A stretch of 64,000 nt of DNA, taken from the NCBI GenBank assembly GCA_951406725.2, contig OX597814.1, forward strand, positions 57,908,001-57,972,000. Direction: 5' to 3'. Each line of letters starts with the position of its first letter. The first letter of the stretch is position 1. The translations under genes were made by a program, and so were the position numbers. Positions 40,640 through 54,136 of the stretch are shown here, piece by piece. The notes below the pieces were generated by a model. It did no database searches. It was not told the origin of the DNA and saw only the letters and a program-made list of their open reading frames with translations. This DNA is from Octopus vulgaris (taxonomy: Eukaryota).

Positions 40640-41760
40640 CATAGTTATATGTAGCTGGGAGCAGTAGTCCAGTTGGTTGAGTACGAATGTCCCTCAGAAG
40701 ACCATTATAGTTTCCTTCTCATGCTCCATCCAGCTAATCGACTGCAGTTTTTCGCCCACCTGGTGACGTACACTTGGATAGAGGTATCAACACTCCTGTC
40801 GATACCATGGTCGCTCACTGATTTACATTTTAGGATTGTAATCCCACGCGGACTAATGTACCTTGTAAGTTTCATATTCACGTGTGGACACTGGTGGCGT
40901 AGGGCTTGAATTTTTTCAGCATTAAACTGTAGATTATCCTCAGCCCATCTGTAAACTGAATCCAACTCCTGTTGCAGATATGTAACATCGCTGGGGTTCT
41001 GTATTTTCTGCGAGACTTTCGTATATTCTTCCTGGCTAGCAAGAGTGTTACCACGAAAAGCAGTGGTCCCAGGTCATTGCGCCGTGGAATACTGCTCACT
41101 ATTTGTGTTTTCATTTAGATGACACCATTGGCCACCGTTGCCTGACTTCTACCTCTCAGAAAGTCATGTAACCACTATCTAAGATTTCCTACTATTCCGA
41201 GATCACGCAGTCTGTTGCATATCATGATCCACTTTATCAAACATTTTTGCAAATTTAGGTACACTATGTCCACATTTGAGTTATTGAGTAACTGCCTCAA
41301 CACCCAGTAATAGTGTTGTAAAAGCTGCGTCAGACAGCTCCTACATGGTCGAAAGTCATGCTGGGTATTACTCAGCAATTAATTTTCTTCAAGGAATGCG
41401 ATTAGTTTCCCTTTGACTATCCTTTCCGTGACTTTGCTGATGTGTGAAATCAGAGATAGGCCTATAGGTTTTGGCATCTGCTCTGCTTCCCCTTTTATGG
41501 ATTGAGCGTATTTTCCCTCCTTCAACTTGCTTGTTACCCTGCCATTTGCAACAAAGCTCTGGAAGAGAATCTGTACAAGTTTTGCCAGGGCATCCTTACT
41601 CGATTAGAGAAGGATTGCTGGGAAACCATCAGGACCTGCAGTTGGGTTTGCGTCCACCTCATCTATGACTAGTAGTATATCTTCCTCACTAATGTCTTAT
41701 GTATTCCATCATAACTACTTCGCTGGTTATAGGTGAGGCGGCAAAGGAATCCACTGGTTC
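40640..41760 (-). mobile_element. Old CR1/L2-like LINE RT fragment
   Basis: QHDFRPCRSCLTQLL, LGPLLFVV, YRWAEDNLQFNAEK. Confidence 0.85.
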
Positions 41761-41879
41761 GTTCACTTGTCTGTTTTCTAAAAAGCAGAGGTGTTGTCCA
41801 TAAATGCTTATCAATATAGGATTTCATTATAGGGACAACACTCCTGTGAAGCGATCGTAAGATGCTCTAAATTCAAGAC

Positions 41880-42045
41880 TTTGCCTTTGCTTTTCTCTTG
41901 GATAACACTGGTGGCATGGAGAGGGGTGGCCGGTATGCATGGGCGACTGCTGGTCTGCCATAAACAACCTTGCTCGGACTTGTGCCTGGGAGTGTAACTT
42001 TCTAAGTGCAATCCCATGGTCAGTCATGACCAAAGGGGGTCTCAG
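41880..42045 (+). mobile_element. SINE 3' part (same tail as 61350-61520)
   Basis: atgcatgggcgactgctg...ggacttgtgcct...gcaatcccatggtca shared between the two. Confidence 0.7.
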
Positions 42046-42046
42046 C

Positions 42047-42049
<3 letters not shown>

Positions 42050-42099
<50 letters not shown>

Positions 42100-42284
42100 C
42101 ATATTTTATATTATATATAAAAAATATATGCATAATATATGTGAATATTATATATATATATATGTAAAAATATGATATATACATATAATATATATATGTA
42201 TTATATATATAATATATTTATATAATATATATATATAATATACAATATATATATATATATATATAATATATAATATATAATACG

Positions 42285-42315
<31 letters not shown>

Positions 42316-42500
42316 TGTATGTATATTATAGATATGTTTAATATACATATATGTGTATAATATATATATATTTTTAATATGTATAATATATACATTATAA
42401 TATATATATATATATATATGTATAATATATACAATAATTATATATATATGTATAATATATTTAATATATATATAATATACGTAAGTATGTGTGTGTGTAC
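42050..42500. repeat. AT-only low-complexity tract
   Basis: Seen directly. Confidence 0.95.
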
Positions 42501-42761
42501 GTACATATCTGAGGCAGTAGTATTAATCATGTGAGTTATATTCTCAGTCAGTTTTTCCCAGTACACCGGTTGGTGTTGAAACGAACGTAATAATAGAATT
42601 AATCTTAATATTACAAATTCGAAACTTTAACCAACACACGTTCGTGTCAGTCCTGACTAGGAGCAACTCCTATTTGGTTGGTAGAGCTCCAACCAGGATC
42701 CATCGGCCAAATTGGAAAGGCACAATGGAATATTTACCCTTTACTCCCCTTTATCATATAG

Positions 42762-42949
42762 ACGCTGGCGTGTCTGTGTGGTAAGAAGCATTTTTCACAT
42801 CTACATGATTTCGAGTTTAGTCCCACTGCGTGGTACCTTGGCAAATATCTTCTCCTATAGCCTCGGGCCGATCAGAACCTTGTGAATGGATTTGGTAGAT
42901 GGAAACAGAAAGAAGTCCGTCGTATATTTATATTTATATATATAGAAAG

Positions 42950-42985
<36 letters not shown>

Positions 42986-43240
42986 ATAGATAGATATATA
43001 TCTACATATCTATGTGTGTGTCTTTGTGTTTGTGTTTGCTCTCCCACTATCGCTTAACAACCGATGTTGTTTTATTTCCGTCCCCGTAACATAGCGGTTC
43101 GGCATAAGACACCGACAGAGTGAGTACTAGGCTTGCAATGAATAAGTCCTGGGGGTCACTTTCTTCGACTAAAACTCTTTAAGGCGGTGCTCCAGCATGG
43201 CCTGCGTCAAATGATTGAAACTAATAAGAATAAAAGAATA
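42762..43240 (+). mobile_element. SINE family C
   Basis: Head, internal microsatellite, ggcggtgctccagcatgg tail. Confidence 0.85.
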
Positions 43241-43301
43241 TACATATATATATATATAACAAAGTGTAGTTGTAGGGTACCGCACGAGTGGAATTATATA
43301 C

Positions 43302-43364
43302 GAAAGAAGGTTTGAAAATGCAATTTTAAACATATTTTAAAATTGCATTTTCAAACCTTCTTTC
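43302..43364. repeat. Perfect 29-bp inverted repeat with a 5-nt loop
   Basis: gaaagaaggtttgaaaatgcaattttaaa-catat-tttaaaattgcattttcaaaccttctttc. Confidence 0.95.
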
Positions 43365-43366
43365 TA

Positions 43367-43421
<55 letters not shown>

Positions 43422-43534
43422 TATATATATATATACACATATGTAATCGTTATCTAATAATATTATTGACTTTTGTGTTTCTGTCAGCTAAAGCATCATC
43501 AGGTTATATATATATATATATATATATATCTATA

Positions 43535-43760
43535 TCAAACAACAAGGTTACTTGTCCTAAAAATATCTCTTCAATTACACTCAATCATTGCTCTGTTGAT
43601 CTAGTTCTTATATTTACCAAACTTGTGAATATCTCACTCTCTACAGGAATATCCTATAATGTTTAGGATCATAATTCCTTATTACCAAGAAAGACAATAC
43701 ATCTCTACCAATAATCATCCTGTTGCACACACTTCCAATACCTCAAAGCTAATAAAAACC
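43535..43760 (+). pseudogene. Degraded LINE RT N-terminal fragment
   Basis: NKVTCPKNISSITLNHCSVDLVLIFTKLVNISLSTG resembles the KA.GPD.I....LK....L...L..LFN.SL..G region. Confidence 0.55.
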
Positions 43761-43946
43761 TACACTTAACAACTACATTCCTCCAAAATTAAATCTCACT
43801 ATTTAGTAGTTGGGAAGAAGTTTGCTTCCCAAACACATGCTTCCGGTTTCAGTTCAACTTTGTGTCATTTTGGATGTCTTCTACTGTATCTGTGGGCCGA
43901 CCAAATCTTTGTAGATTTTGTAGAAGGAAACTGAAAGAAACCTCTC

Positions 43947-43997
<51 letters not shown>

Positions 43998-44020
43998 TGT
44001 GTGTGTGTGTGTGTGTGTGT

Positions 44021-44341
44021 GAAGGCACGTGGTTTAGTGGTTAGGGTATTCGGCTCACAATTGTAAGGTCGTGAGTTCGATTGCCGGCGACGCATTGTGT
44101 CCTTGAGCAAGACACCTTATTTCACGTTGCTCCAGCCCACTAATCTGGCAAAAATTAGTTGTACCTGTATTTCAAAGGGCAGGCCTTATCACACTTTGTG
44201 TCACGCTGAATCTCCCTGAGAACTACGTTAGGGGTACGCGTGTCTGTGGATTGCTCAGTCACTTGCACGTTAATTTCATGAGCAGGCTGCTCCGTTGATC
44301 GTATCAGCTGGGACCCTCGTCGTCGTAACCGACGGTGTGCT

Positions 44342-44343
<2 letters not shown>
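44021..44343 (+). mobile_element. SINE family B
   Basis: tRNA head, gtgtccttgagcaagacac, tail cgtcgtaaccgacgg shared with 3548-3919. Confidence 0.85.
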
Positions 44344-44379
<36 letters not shown>

Positions 44380-44460
44380 TCCCGGGTTGATTCGGGGTTA
44401 ACCACAGTAAGTAAGGTACTCAATACATAGCAGAGTAAAATTAATTTATTATATAGAAGG

Positions 44461-44511
44461 AGCTTCTACAGGACTAGTACTGTTTCATTCAAGAGAAATC
44501 TTCAGGAAGCT
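44461..44511 (-). ncRNA. Type I hammerhead ribozyme, family H8
   Basis: AGCUUC-CUGAAGA-uUUC ucuu GAAu-GAAA-CAG uacuaguc CUG-UA-GAAGCU; triplet GUA. Confidence 0.8.
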
Positions 44512-44946
44512 ATTTAACAAGAATTGTATTAGCATTTATACATTTAGGCAGGTTTAAAGGAGTGGTGGTGGGGGACTTTTTGGGGGTAGGCATAGCGCAA
44601 AATATCATACTTGGGGGAGTGGTCAAGGAGTCAGTGGTAAGTTAGATGAAAGAATAGATAAATAAAAAAATAAAAAAATAAAAAAATAAAAAATATTGTA
44701 TTTGTATATGTGTGTGTGTATTTGTATGTGTGCGCGTGTGTGTGTATGTATGTGTATGTATACTTGTATATGTATATGCATGAATGTATATATATGTGTG
44801 TGTATATGTGTATTATGTATGTATTTATATAGATATGTAGTTTATATATATATATATGTATGTATATGCATCTGTCCGTGTGTGTGTATGTGTATATATG
44901 TGTATCATTTTTGCGTATGTATATATGTATATGTGTATATGTGTGC

Positions 44947-44984
<38 letters not shown>

Positions 44985-45119
44985 GTGTATATATATCTGT
45001 ATATATATATATATATATATGCATACGTATGTGTATGTACATGTATATATGTATGTGTGTATAGGTATATATGTTTATATATGTGAGTATGTAGTGATAT
45101 AAGTATATGCATGTGTATA

Positions 45120-45150
<31 letters not shown>

Positions 45151-45335
45151 GTATGGGTATGTGTATCAGTGTATATGTATATATGTATGTGTGTGTGTAT
45201 GTATATGTATGTATATGTGTATATATGTATGTGTATATGTGTATATATATATATATATGTGTATATGTGTGTATGTATGTGTATGTGTATGTATGTGTAT
45301 ATATATATATATGTATGTGTATATGTATATATATG

Positions 45336-45370
<35 letters not shown>

Positions 45371-45867
45371 GAGTGCGTGTGTGTATGTATGCATATATGT
45401 ATGTATGCATGTATATGTGTATGTATATATATGTGTGTAAGTGTGTGCATATATGTATATGTAAGTATGTGTGCGCGTATGAGTATGTATGTATGCCTGC
45501 ACACGTGTATATATATATGTGTGTGTGTGTATATATATGGATGCGCGTGCGTGTGTGCACGTGTATGGGTACGCATGTATATGTGTATGTGCGTGTATGT
45601 GTATACGTGTATGTATGTATGTGTGTGCGTAGATTTGTATATGTATGTGTGAGTGTGTATATATATATATATATATATATACATATATATAGATGGGTGT
45701 GTGTATGCGTATAAATGCATGTAAGTATGGATGTATGGATGTATGCATGTATGTATACGTATGTATGTGTGTATGTGTGTATGTATATATATATGTGTGT
45801 ATATATGTTTGTGTATGTATATATATGTGTATGTATGTGTGTGTATATGTATGTGTGTATGTGTATG

Positions 45868-45917
<50 letters not shown>

Positions 45918-46796
45918 GGTATGTATCTGTATGTAGGAGTATATATGTGCGTGTGTGTATGTATATGTGTGTATATATATATATATATGTATATTTATTG
46001 GTGTATATGTATAGACTAGCCTCCTAAAGTGTAGACACGAATCTGTAGGTACGAGTACGTATGTGTATATACGTGAACGTATGTAGATGTTTGTATGTAT
46101 GAATATAACGCGTGCGTACGTGTATGTGTATGAGTGTACGAATGGGTGAATGTACGTGCTAATGAGTGTGCGTGCGGGAATGAGTACTTGCCTTCTAGTA
46201 GACAGACAAATGGACATGCAGCCATTGCCAGGATTCTTAGCTCTAGCGATCAAAGATAACAAAAGTAATAAATGAAGATAAAATTAAAATTAGGGAATGG
46301 GCCTGTATTGGATTGTATATATATATATGTATATGTATATTTGTATGTATGTATGTGTGTATGTGTAGGTATGTATAGGTACACATGTGTATGTGTATGT
46401 GCATGTATATATATGTGTGTATGTATGTATGTACACACATGTATATATATGTATGCGTATATATGTTTATATATATATATATATATGTACATAGGTGTAT
46501 GTGGGTGTATGTATATATAGGTGTAAATATGTGTATATAGGGAACTAGGTGTGTTGTGTGTGCATGAGTGTATGTGCGTATGAAGATATATTTTTATGTG
46601 TATATATGTATGTGTGGTCGTGGGTATATATATATATATATATATATACATGTGTGTATGCGTGCATGCATGGGAGTGAGTGTATGCATATATACGTGTG
46701 TGTACGTGTAGACAGGTATAGGCATGTGCATGTGTATAAATTTGTATATGTGGGCGGGTGTATGTATGTGTGTATGTAGATATGTATGTATGTGTG

Positions 46797-46847
<51 letters not shown>

Positions 46848-47163
46848 GTGTGTGTATATATATGTGTATATATATATGTGTGTGTAGATACGTATACATG
46901 TGTGTATAGGTATAAGTGAGAATCTCCTTATTTACCTATAACTCTATCCCCCTTTTTTATATATATATTTTTTTATATATATTTTTTATTTTTTTATTTT
47001 TTTATTTTTTTATTTATCTATTCTTTCATCTAACTTACCACTGACTCCTTGACCACTCCCCCAAGTATGATATTTTGCGCTATGCCTACCCCCAAAAAGT
47101 CCCCCACCACCACTCCTTTAAACCTGCCTAAATGTATAAATGCTAATACAATTCTTGTTAAAT

Positions 47164-47214
47164 AGCTTCCTGAAGATTTCTCTTGAATGAAACAGTACTA
47201 GTCCTGTAGAAGCT
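47164..47214 (+). ncRNA. Type I hammerhead ribozyme, family H8 (identical inverted copy)
   Basis: agcttc ctgaaga tttctcttgaat gaaa cagtactagtcctg ta gaagct. Confidence 0.8.
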
Positions 47215-47225
47215 CCTTCTATATA

Positions 47226-47276
<51 letters not shown>

Positions 47277-49120
47277 AAAATATATGTGTTTATATCTGTG
47301 TGTGTCTTTATGTATTTATCCATACAACTTCTTGACATTCGGTTTTGGTTTGTATGCGTCACCGCAACTTAGTAGTTCTGTAAAAGAGACCGACAGAATA
47401 AGTGCCAGGTTGAAAAATTAGGTACTGTGGTCGATTTATTCTACTACAAAGTTTTCTCCCAGCACGACCGCATTCCAATGACTAAAACAAGTAAAAAATA
47501 AAATAGAAGCAAATATAACGTAGAAGAAAATGAAAAAAATAGGAAAGAGAAAAAGGCTACCAACCTAGAAATAGACGATAAGTGATAGAATAATGGAAGA
47601 GGAACTGTTAGTAGAAGTTTAAAGTTTTATTGTTTTAATATTAAATAGTTTAACTTTCTTCCATTATGAATCAGTCGTCTATCAGTTAGTAAACGCTTCA
47701 CTTATATAAACAACAAACCACTCTGTAAATTTATATTGCCCGTCAAAGTGTAAGTGACTTATAATTTGGTTATAAGTAAATTCTTTTCTGAAAAGCTTTG
47801 AAAATTTTCCGGATTAGTGCTTCTCATATTAATGTCATTATGCACGCTAGAAATTGTTTAATATTTTACAATAGAGAAATTGCAAAATGGAATTTATGGG
47901 AATAGAATTAATCCTTTCGCCATATTCCCAAGAAAGTATATAAATCTGGAGATTTAATTCCGGATTCTTTGAAAATATGACATGAACCTAATTGGTTGAA
48001 GTCCATATTTCCTAAGATTTAATGTTCCACTAGAATATATACTATTTATTGTGTGTCATACCATGAGTAGTGTAAGACATCAACACCTTAAAGAAAGCTC
48101 AAATCAAAGAAGGAACCATTATTACTTCTTGAAAAGGTAATTAACAGTGACTAATGCAGTTCTAGATATACTTTGACTTACAAAAAATAAAAAGAAAGTA
48201 AGAAAAAGAAGATTGTTCAGGGACGAAATACCGTCGATCGTACGTATTGTCATTCAGATCAGAGTTGTTAAATAAAATTAACAACGACAGCCTACAGATG
48301 GTTTAGTGCTGCATCCTTGATGTACGCTGAATAATTTTTAAACGTTAACATAATCACAGTAAATTTTTCTGCGCCAGAAACTGGTAAATTGGTAAGAGAA
48401 GAAATAATTGCATTTACTAAAAAATTTAATCAAAATGAAAACTGATTAAGATATTATATCCAGCTGTAAATGTACCTTACGAAGATTATACGTACATACC
48501 GACTTTTTCTAAAGTAATCAAAAGTAAACTTTATCAATGAAAACCAACCGAATCTTTGAATGTAATGTTTTTACGAAACATAATATATAAAATCAACGTA
48601 ATAATTCGCTTAAGAATAAATTCGAAGCTGTCATAGGAAGGCTAACTCTAAACGATTTCAATGTTTTTACTTATCTGGAGGAATACATAGAAACAGCAAA
48701 ATTGCTTAAACTTGTATAAACAATATTTTCACCGATGCTAAAGTAAAATTACAACTTTCTGCCGACAGGCTAAAGTTTAACTGGAAATTCAGACAATATT
48801 TTTTTATTCTGACCCTACATAACTACTTGGGTCGATAATATAGTACCAAAAATTAACTACTTGGGCCGATAATATAGTACCAAAAAAGGATCACACTTGC
48901 GACAGCATTTGGGAATTAAAATGTATCCATGCTGCTGTAGTCAAGGTGTTGTCACTATTAAAGTTAACCAGGACTACTGGGTGCAGGAAGCCAACAGGGT
49001 ATAAATAAACACCACATAGCAAGATATCTGTATCTATCAAAGACATATCTTGGAGAGAAGTTTTGAAAAGAGTATTACACACAGGCAAACACACTGACAC
49101 GCACTCGCACGCACGCACAC

Positions 49121-49182
<62 letters not shown>

Positions 49183-49393
49183 ATATATCTACCTTACGAT
49201 GAGAATGTGTGTCTATCTGTCTGTCTGTGTGAATCCCTAAGACTCGAGAACTACACAACCGATTTCATTCAAATTTTCCACATGCCTTACTTAGGGTCCC
49301 TGTTCTGTGTATCAAAAGTGGAACAATAACATCTCTATTGTAATGTCTGATACTTTCACTTTAATAGTTTCAGTATTAATAGTGAAACTATTA

Positions 49394-49448
<55 letters not shown>

Positions 49449-49619
49449 GTGTATATATATATATATATATTTATATTATATATATATATATATTGATGTA
49501 TTTGTATATGTACACATCCATATATACACATATACATGCATACACATATTTATACATATATATATGTGCATACATATACATTCATATATGCACACATACA
49601 CCCCCATATATATATACAC

Positions 49620-49659
<40 letters not shown>

Positions 49660-49666
49660 ATATATA

Positions 49667-50020
49667 GGTGCAGGTGTGGCTGTGTGGTAAGAAACTTGGT
49701 TCCAAAACACATGGTCCTGGGTTCAGTTCCACTTGACAAATGTCTTCGGCTATAGCCTCAGACCAACCAATGACTTGTGAGTGGATAGAAACTGAAAGAT
49801 ATCAATCGTATATACATGTTTATATATAAGTGTATGTGTGTGTTCTTGTCTCTATTTCTCCCTCATCATTGCTTGACAACTGCTGTTGGTTTATTTACAT
49901 CCCCATAACTTACTGGTTTGACAAAAAGAGACTGATAGAATAAGTAGCAAGCTTATCAAAATAAACAAAAAAGTACTGGGGTCGATTCATTCGACAAAAA
50001 TCTTTCAATGTAGTGTCTCA
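49667..50020 (+). mobile_element. SINE family C
   Basis: ggtgcaggtgtggctgtgtggtaag head and body. Confidence 0.8.
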
Positions 50021-50065
50021 TCTTTTGTTTGCCCACTCAATTGTATCTATCAATCTATCTTTCTG

Positions 50066-50107
<42 letters not shown>

Positions 50108-50149
50108 ATACACACACATATATACATGTACATATATGTGCATATTCAT

Positions 50150-50880
50150 ATCTATTATATAAAAGTCAATGTCTTTATGTGTGTTTGTGTGTTACTTATA
50201 GATTTGAAAACTACTGCACCAATCCTAACGAAATTTGGAACACAAAATCCAAGCCTAAGGAGAAGGGTAATCCTGTATGTTTCATACAGTTTCATGGACC
50301 AAAATTACTGAATAGATCCTTATGATATGTGGGACTTTAAATTCAATGCTTAAGGCCGGGTATAATGCAGCTTGTTTGGTTTGAATTTGAGGTGGAAGAC
50401 CCCCTCATGAAAAGTTATAAATTCTCCATGTTGATGAAATTTCAACCATAGGTAATTGACACACATCAAGAAGTATTCCCAAACTTTCCACTCTTCATGA
50501 TGATTCTAAGAGCCCCTGATGATGGCCTTAACTCCCGATTTTTAGTCATTTTTTGATCCAAAACTAGGTCAAATGTACTGAATGAACCTTTATGAAATTC
50601 GGAAATTATATTCTATGCATAAGGACAGATGTAATGCAGTATATGTTTGAAAGTAAGGGGGTATAAATGATGCCATAACCCCATGCAAATTCATATATTC
50701 TTGTTGTTGATGAAATTTTAACAGTAGATATTAGACACAAATGAAGTAATATTTTTTAAATTTCAACTTCTTAGAAGTTAGTTAGACCCCATTAATGGGG
50801 GTTTAACCCCCACAATTTAGTCATTTTCCCTAAGTCAAGACAAATGCAATTGTACTCTTGGAAGCTGTTGGGTCACCCGA
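50150..50880 (+). mobile_element. Probable non-autonomous Helitron-like element with an internal ~270-bp tandem duplication
   Basis: Starts tctattatataaaa; aaactactgcaccaatcctaacgaaatttgg; about 50300-50560 resembles about 50570-50830. Confidence 0.5.
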
Positions 50881-50899
50881 GCATAAAAGATGGAAGTTA

Positions 50900-51745
50900 T
50901 TTGTAATTCAATGGTACAACAGTGCTTTGAGATATACTTAGATTCTGCATTGTGGTGCATAAATTGTCAAGTAAAGGAGAGGCATCTTTGCCTCCACTGA
51001 TTCAGTTGCAAAGTGTTGAGTAAAGTTATTTGGTAGCAGACCTCCTTTGAGTCTTTGTATCATCACTGAGTCAGAGATACCTGCAGCCTACGATACCATG
51101 TTATCCGTTATTTTCAGCAACCTAATACTTTCATGATTATTCTGGCCGTGCCACGGAGGCGAACATTTTGTTATAGTTCTACTGGACACTATTTTCCAAT
51201 TGCCTTCATATTCCACTTGATGCCTTCTGATACTGTTTCCAAGGACCCATCAATACTTAGCACTATCTTCACCTTCTTCATTTCGTGCATAAGCGGGTGG
51301 TATTTATGTATTTTTTCGCCTTCTTTTATGACTATTCGTGGGTCAAATGGGCATGCAACACCAACTATATAGCACATGTGGTGTATCTTGCCGACCACCA
51401 CTAGATCCAATCTGAGTATGCTCTAGCACTTGATCTGCTTGAATTGAGAAATCCCAGAGGATTTTGCTAGTCTCCGACTCCGCCACTCTCTGCGATTTGT
51501 GGTCATACCACATAGCCTTACCTCTCTGTAGCCCTCACTTTTTCTACAGCTTCCAGTATAGGATTTTTGCTACCTCATCATGTCGCCAGAACACGTAGTG
51601 GTTTTGTGAAAGTCTAGGGCATTCGTTTGTGATATAGGCAATGGTTTCATCCATCCTATTACAAATGTGGCACAACGGAGACACTTGCTCACTCCAAAAG
51701 CTTCACTCTCCAGTTCGTGGTCAAAGCTTGGTCTTGCGATATTAG
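50900..51745 (-). mobile_element. 3' fragment of a second RLE-type (R4/Dong-like) non-LTR element
   Basis: CHICNRMDETIAYITNEC, RHDEVAKILYWKL, DLVVV..CYIVGVACPFD..EKIHKY; adjoins a (TAA)n array. Confidence 0.8.
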
Positions 51746-51797
51746 TATAGTGCTCTCGTTCTCATAATAATAATCATAATAATGATAATGACGATAC

Positions 51798-51834
<37 letters not shown>

Positions 51835-51937
51835 GATAATAATAATAATAATAATAATGATAATAATAATAATAATAATAATTAATTATCATTATTATTA
51901 TTATTAGTATTAGTATTAGTATTTGTATTGTTAATCC

Positions 51938-52149
51938 TGAGAGCTAAAAGAATCGTTAATACGCCGGAACAAAGTTATTGGGGTCATTTTGTTCGCCCTT
52001 ATGTTCTTAATTCAAATTCCGTCGGGGTCGAAATTACCTTCCCTCCTTTCGGAGTCGATAATTTAAGTACCAGCTGTGCACTGGGGTCAATGTAATCGAC
52101 TTACCTCACCCCCAAAAAAAATACAGGCCTTGTGCCTATAGTAGAAAGG

Positions 52150-52151
<2 letters not shown>
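51938..52151 (+). mobile_element. SINE family A between (TAA)n arrays
   Basis: Family A core and 3' end. Confidence 0.75.
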
Positions 52152-52228
<77 letters not shown>

Positions 52229-52249
52229 TAATAATAATTATTATTATTA

Positions 52250-52722
52250 TTGAGTGAGAGAGTAGTTCATGCCATCAAAGTGACACTGGGGTAAAATATA
52301 CGAAGCCCAATATACCCATCATGACTACCCGTCTGATAAGGGTACACCAGGCACATGCATCACAACCATATGTGCGCGACATGGTGATCTCATAAACAGC
52401 ACATGACCTTGCAGGTGAGGCCCAGTTAGAATTTTATTCAGGTTGAGTAGCCCATCCCGCTCAAAAGGTCCCTGAATAAGGGTTGTTTAAGGATGTTGAA
52501 CGAAACACCATGTTTCCAGAGGTGAATTATTGAAACCCCAAAGAATCCCTCTCAACACATGGCCATGATGCTCCCCCACTACTTCTGCTCGTGATCAGAG
52601 ATGCACATATCGTCAGCCACTAAGGGACATGCTCAACTGGTTAAGGTCAAACAACTGACAAGCAAATCTGTGGTATTGAGCAGAATATTTGCTGTAGCCC
52701 ATCTTTTATACCAAGACAAAAC
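52250..52722. repeat. Unclassified ~470-bp insert between (TAA)n/(TTA)n arrays
   Basis: Sharply bounded, higher-GC block inside a trinucleotide array; no coding motif seen. Confidence 0.45.
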
Positions 52723-52776
<54 letters not shown>

Positions 52777-53386
52777 TATTATTATTATTATTATTATTGA
52801 GGATGGCAGAATAAAAGAATCATCAAAGTCACTGACTTTTCTGATATTTGTCCCAACTCTTTACGATGCAATGATCATAAGTTAATTACTCGATATACAT
52901 TAAGTTTTAAGAAGGAGAGAGTTTGTTTTCTGACATTTTTCCCTCTGAAAGTTTACGTATATATACTTAGTATTTATATCATGTAATTCAGAATTTTATT
53001 ATATCACAGCGCAACTTGTCTTCTTACCGTTTTGACCATTAACATGCCCATCAGTCCAAACTAAATTATGCATGTGCTATAACTTTGGTTGTGGCTTGTA
53101 TAATTTCCTTCGATTGAACTAAGTAAGAATACGAAATGTATTACTAGAATAATCGATGAACTTTCAATGTTTTGATTAACCTAAGAAACTCGGTTTGCCC
53201 AACATGGTAAATTTTCCAATTTAGTAACGTTAGAATTCTGATAAATATCCTGTGAGTTCAACTCTACACAAAACACACACACACACTCACACACACACAG
53301 ACAGACAAACACACACACACGCGCACACACACATAAACACAAACCCACACGCACGCACGCACACATACTCTTTTCTTCTCTACGCA

Positions 53387-53767
53387 CAAGGCTCGAAATT
53401 TTTGAAGAAAGGGCCAGTCGATTAGATCGACCTCAGTACGCAACTGGTACTTAATTTATCGATCCCGGAAGGATGAAAGGAATAATTGACCTCGGCGAAA
53501 TTTGAACTCAGAACATAAAGAGAGACGAAATACCCATTTCTTTACTACCCACAAGGGGCTAAACACAGAGAGGACAAACAAAGACAGACAAACGGATTAA
53601 TTCGATTATATCGACCCCAGTGCGTAACTGGTACTTATTTAATCGACCCCGAAAGGATGAAAGGCAAAGTCGACCTCGGTGGAATTTGAACTCAGAACGT
53701 AGCGGCAGACGAAATATCGCTAAGCATTTCGCCCGGCGTACAAACGTTTCTGCCAGCTCACCGCCTT
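53387..53767 (-). mobile_element. SINE family A, two overlapping or tandem copies
   Basis: Core present twice (about 53445-53510 and 53625-53700). Confidence 0.85.
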
Positions 53768-54077
53768 ATGCACGCAGACATACTGGCAAACACTGCTTTC
53801 CTTGCATTATGGAAACAGTTGAAGTGAAAACGATATTTTCTAAAAGTCAAAGTGTAATTTTTGTTTAAATAAAATCTTTGCAAAAGACTATCAGGTAGAC
53901 AATGTAGTCCAGAGTGGCTACGTTCTAATTTCCGAAGCTAGTAAAAGAATAAAAGTATAGAAACACAAACACACGCATGTACATACATACATATATATAT
54001 ATATTCATACGTACAAACACACACGCATATATGTGTATATATATATATATATCTATATATATACGTCTATACATATA

Positions 54078-54136
<59 letters not shown>

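Larger units (their letters stand above)
44378..47230 (-). mobile_element. Fold-back PLE-like relic with about 250-bp near-identical arms around a microsatellite-inflated core
   Basis: 44445-44697 is the reverse complement of about 46979-47230; hammerhead in both arms; possible GIY-YIG C-terminal remnant at 46180-46300 (-). Confidence 0.8.
43805..47500 (+). mobile_element. SINE family C split by nested insertions (head 43805-43950, body 47290-47500)
   Basis: The 5' and 3' halves of the family C consensus flank the inserts. Confidence 0.7.

Noticed and set aside
43460-43510. CUGAUGA...GAAA...GUC on the minus strand between (TA)n runs
   Set aside because: Core words are present, but stems I, II and III do not pair convincingly.
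44696-46909. Long ORFs of up to 395 aa rich in Y/I/H/T/C/V/M
   Set aside because: Translations of (TA/TG/CA)n microsatellite; the same applies to ORFs at 11453-12379, 23501-24076, 39571-40667, 42148-42434 and 49307-49755.
48821-48887. Two ~33-bp direct repeats
   Set aside because: Simple tandem duplication with no spacers and no cas genes; not CRISPR.
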